Positions 62,559-64,000 of a stretch of 64,000 nucleotides of DNA are shown here, in pieces. Both the position numbers and the translations under genes were made by a program. Every line of letters begins with the position of its first letter. Position 1 is the stretch's first letter. The stretch is from assembly GCF_006345805.1 (NCBI RefSeq), contig NC_042999.1:6510001-6574000 (forward strand). Reading direction: 5' to 3'. The notes under the pieces are model-generated. The model was not told the origin of the DNA. It saw only the letters and a program-made list of their open reading frames with translations, and ran no database searches. This DNA comes from Octopus sinensis. Its lineage: Eukaryota.

Positions 62559-63683
62559 TATCTGAAGAATTGTATCTGGTTGGTAGGAGAGTCAGGAACA
62601 GACTGAATCAGAGAGAAAAAGAAGTGAAAACTACCATTGTAGTTGAATGGCCTTAAACAGAAGAAGAAAAAGAAAGCTGAGGAAGGAGGATGAAGATTTT
62701 TTTTACGAATAAAAGAGTTTATCAACATTGTAAGATGTACACTTTGTCCCATATTAAAGCCAAATGGAAATTTTGGTAAGCTGACAGTCACCATACAACT
62801 CATGGTTTAGCATGAGACGATCATATTCTGTGCTTTACCTCTTCAATTCCTTAACTTCTCAAATGAGTGAAATTTTGTACGCAAGTTTTCACCACATACC
62901 CCGACTACAGAAAACTGTCTAATATTGGGGTATGTAAAGCCGAAATAGAAAAATGGGTACTAATAGCCATTTTTTCTGTCTTTTTTTTTATGCTTCAATA
63001 TGAAACCACTTTCCACAGTCAACACATCTCTTAAATATAGAACTGTAACAGTCAATGGGCTGCGGTCATGCTGGGGCACCACCTTCAAAATGCTTAGCGT
63101 TATTTCGCTCGTTGCTACGTTTTTATTTCAAATTCCGCTGAGGTCGACTTTGCTTTTCATCCTTTCGGGATCGATAAAATAAGGACCAGTTGAACACTGG
63201 CGTCGATGTAATCGACTCATCCCCACCTCCCACAAGCTGTCCCTGTGACAAAAATTTGAAAGGATTATCAAGCTTGGTCCTTAATCCATAAGGTTTCTTT
63301 TGCCGGATTGCTGATTCGCAGAGACGCACACTAACCAATACCTGCTGCCGAGCGGTGGTGGGGATACAAATACGCATGCGCGCGCACACACGTCTACCAA
63401 ATTCATTCACAAACATTGCTCAATCCGGGGCTATTGTAGAAGACACTTGTCGAAAGTGCCGTACAGTGGAACTGAACCCGAAACTATACGGCTGCAAAGC
63501 GAGCTTCTTAAACATATTGCCAATCAGAAAAAGAATTTCGATGTTGTTCAGATGGAGAAATGGAAAAGCAAAAGATGTAAACATTATCGGTTTCAAATTT
63601 TCGGCACAAGGCCAGCAATTTCGGTGGGAGTGGGTAAGTCGATTACATCGACCCCAGTGCTCAACTGGTACTTATTTTATCGA

Positions 63684-63916
63684 AAGGCGGCGAGCTGGCA
63701 GAAACGTTAGCACGCCGGGCGAAATGCTTAGCCGTATTTCGTCTGCCGCTATGTTATGAGTTCAAATTCCGCCGAGGTCGACTTTGCCTTTCATCCTTTC
63801 GGGGTCGATTAAATAAGTACCAGTTACGCACTGGGGTCGATTTAATCGACTTAATCCGTTTGTCTGTCCTTGTTTGTCCTCTCTGTGTTTAGCCCCTTGT
63901 GCGTAGTAAAGAAATA
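63684..63916 (+). mobile_element. SINE-D monomer with 17-bp TSD, nested in an opposite-strand SINE-D relative
   Basis: TSD GGTACTTATTTTATCGA at 63667-63683 and 63917-63933. Confidence 0.9.
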
Positions 63917-64000
63917 GGTACTTATTTTATCGACCTTCCGAGGATGAAGTGCAAAATCGACCGAGGCAGAATTTGATCTCACAACGTAAAAATGTTTAGC

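Overview
Repeat-saturated, AT-rich animal genomic DNA, most likely octopus (coleoid cephalopod). That assignment is inferred from recalled SINE families and microsatellite style, not from a search. No host protein-coding exon could be supported; almost all long ORFs in the track are microsatellite artefacts. All recognisable coding sequence is transposon-derived: a full-length decayed hAT element (15401-18879), a maT/DD37D Tc1-mariner element (27316-28546), two copies of one internally deleted mariner, a deleted pogo element, a nearly complete CR1-group LINE ORF2 fused to a fragment of a second LINE family (19430-23672), and RTE and RLE-type LINE remnants. Non-coding mobile DNA includes four tRNA-headed SINE families (my labels A-D), non-autonomous Helitrons, Helentron/DINE-like elements and fold-back MITEs. 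The most interesting observations are: (1) a candidate single-event chimeric LINE joined at an 8-nt microhomology and bounded by a possible target-site duplication (TSD); (2) a SINE family carrying 1 to ~5.6 tandem 184-bp B-box units, whose insertion sites mimic the unit junction; (3) a structurally near-complete type I hammerhead ribozyme motif plus decayed relatives; (4) a ~395-bp, ~99%-identical inverted duplication 14 kb apart that carries ETS-like motifs.
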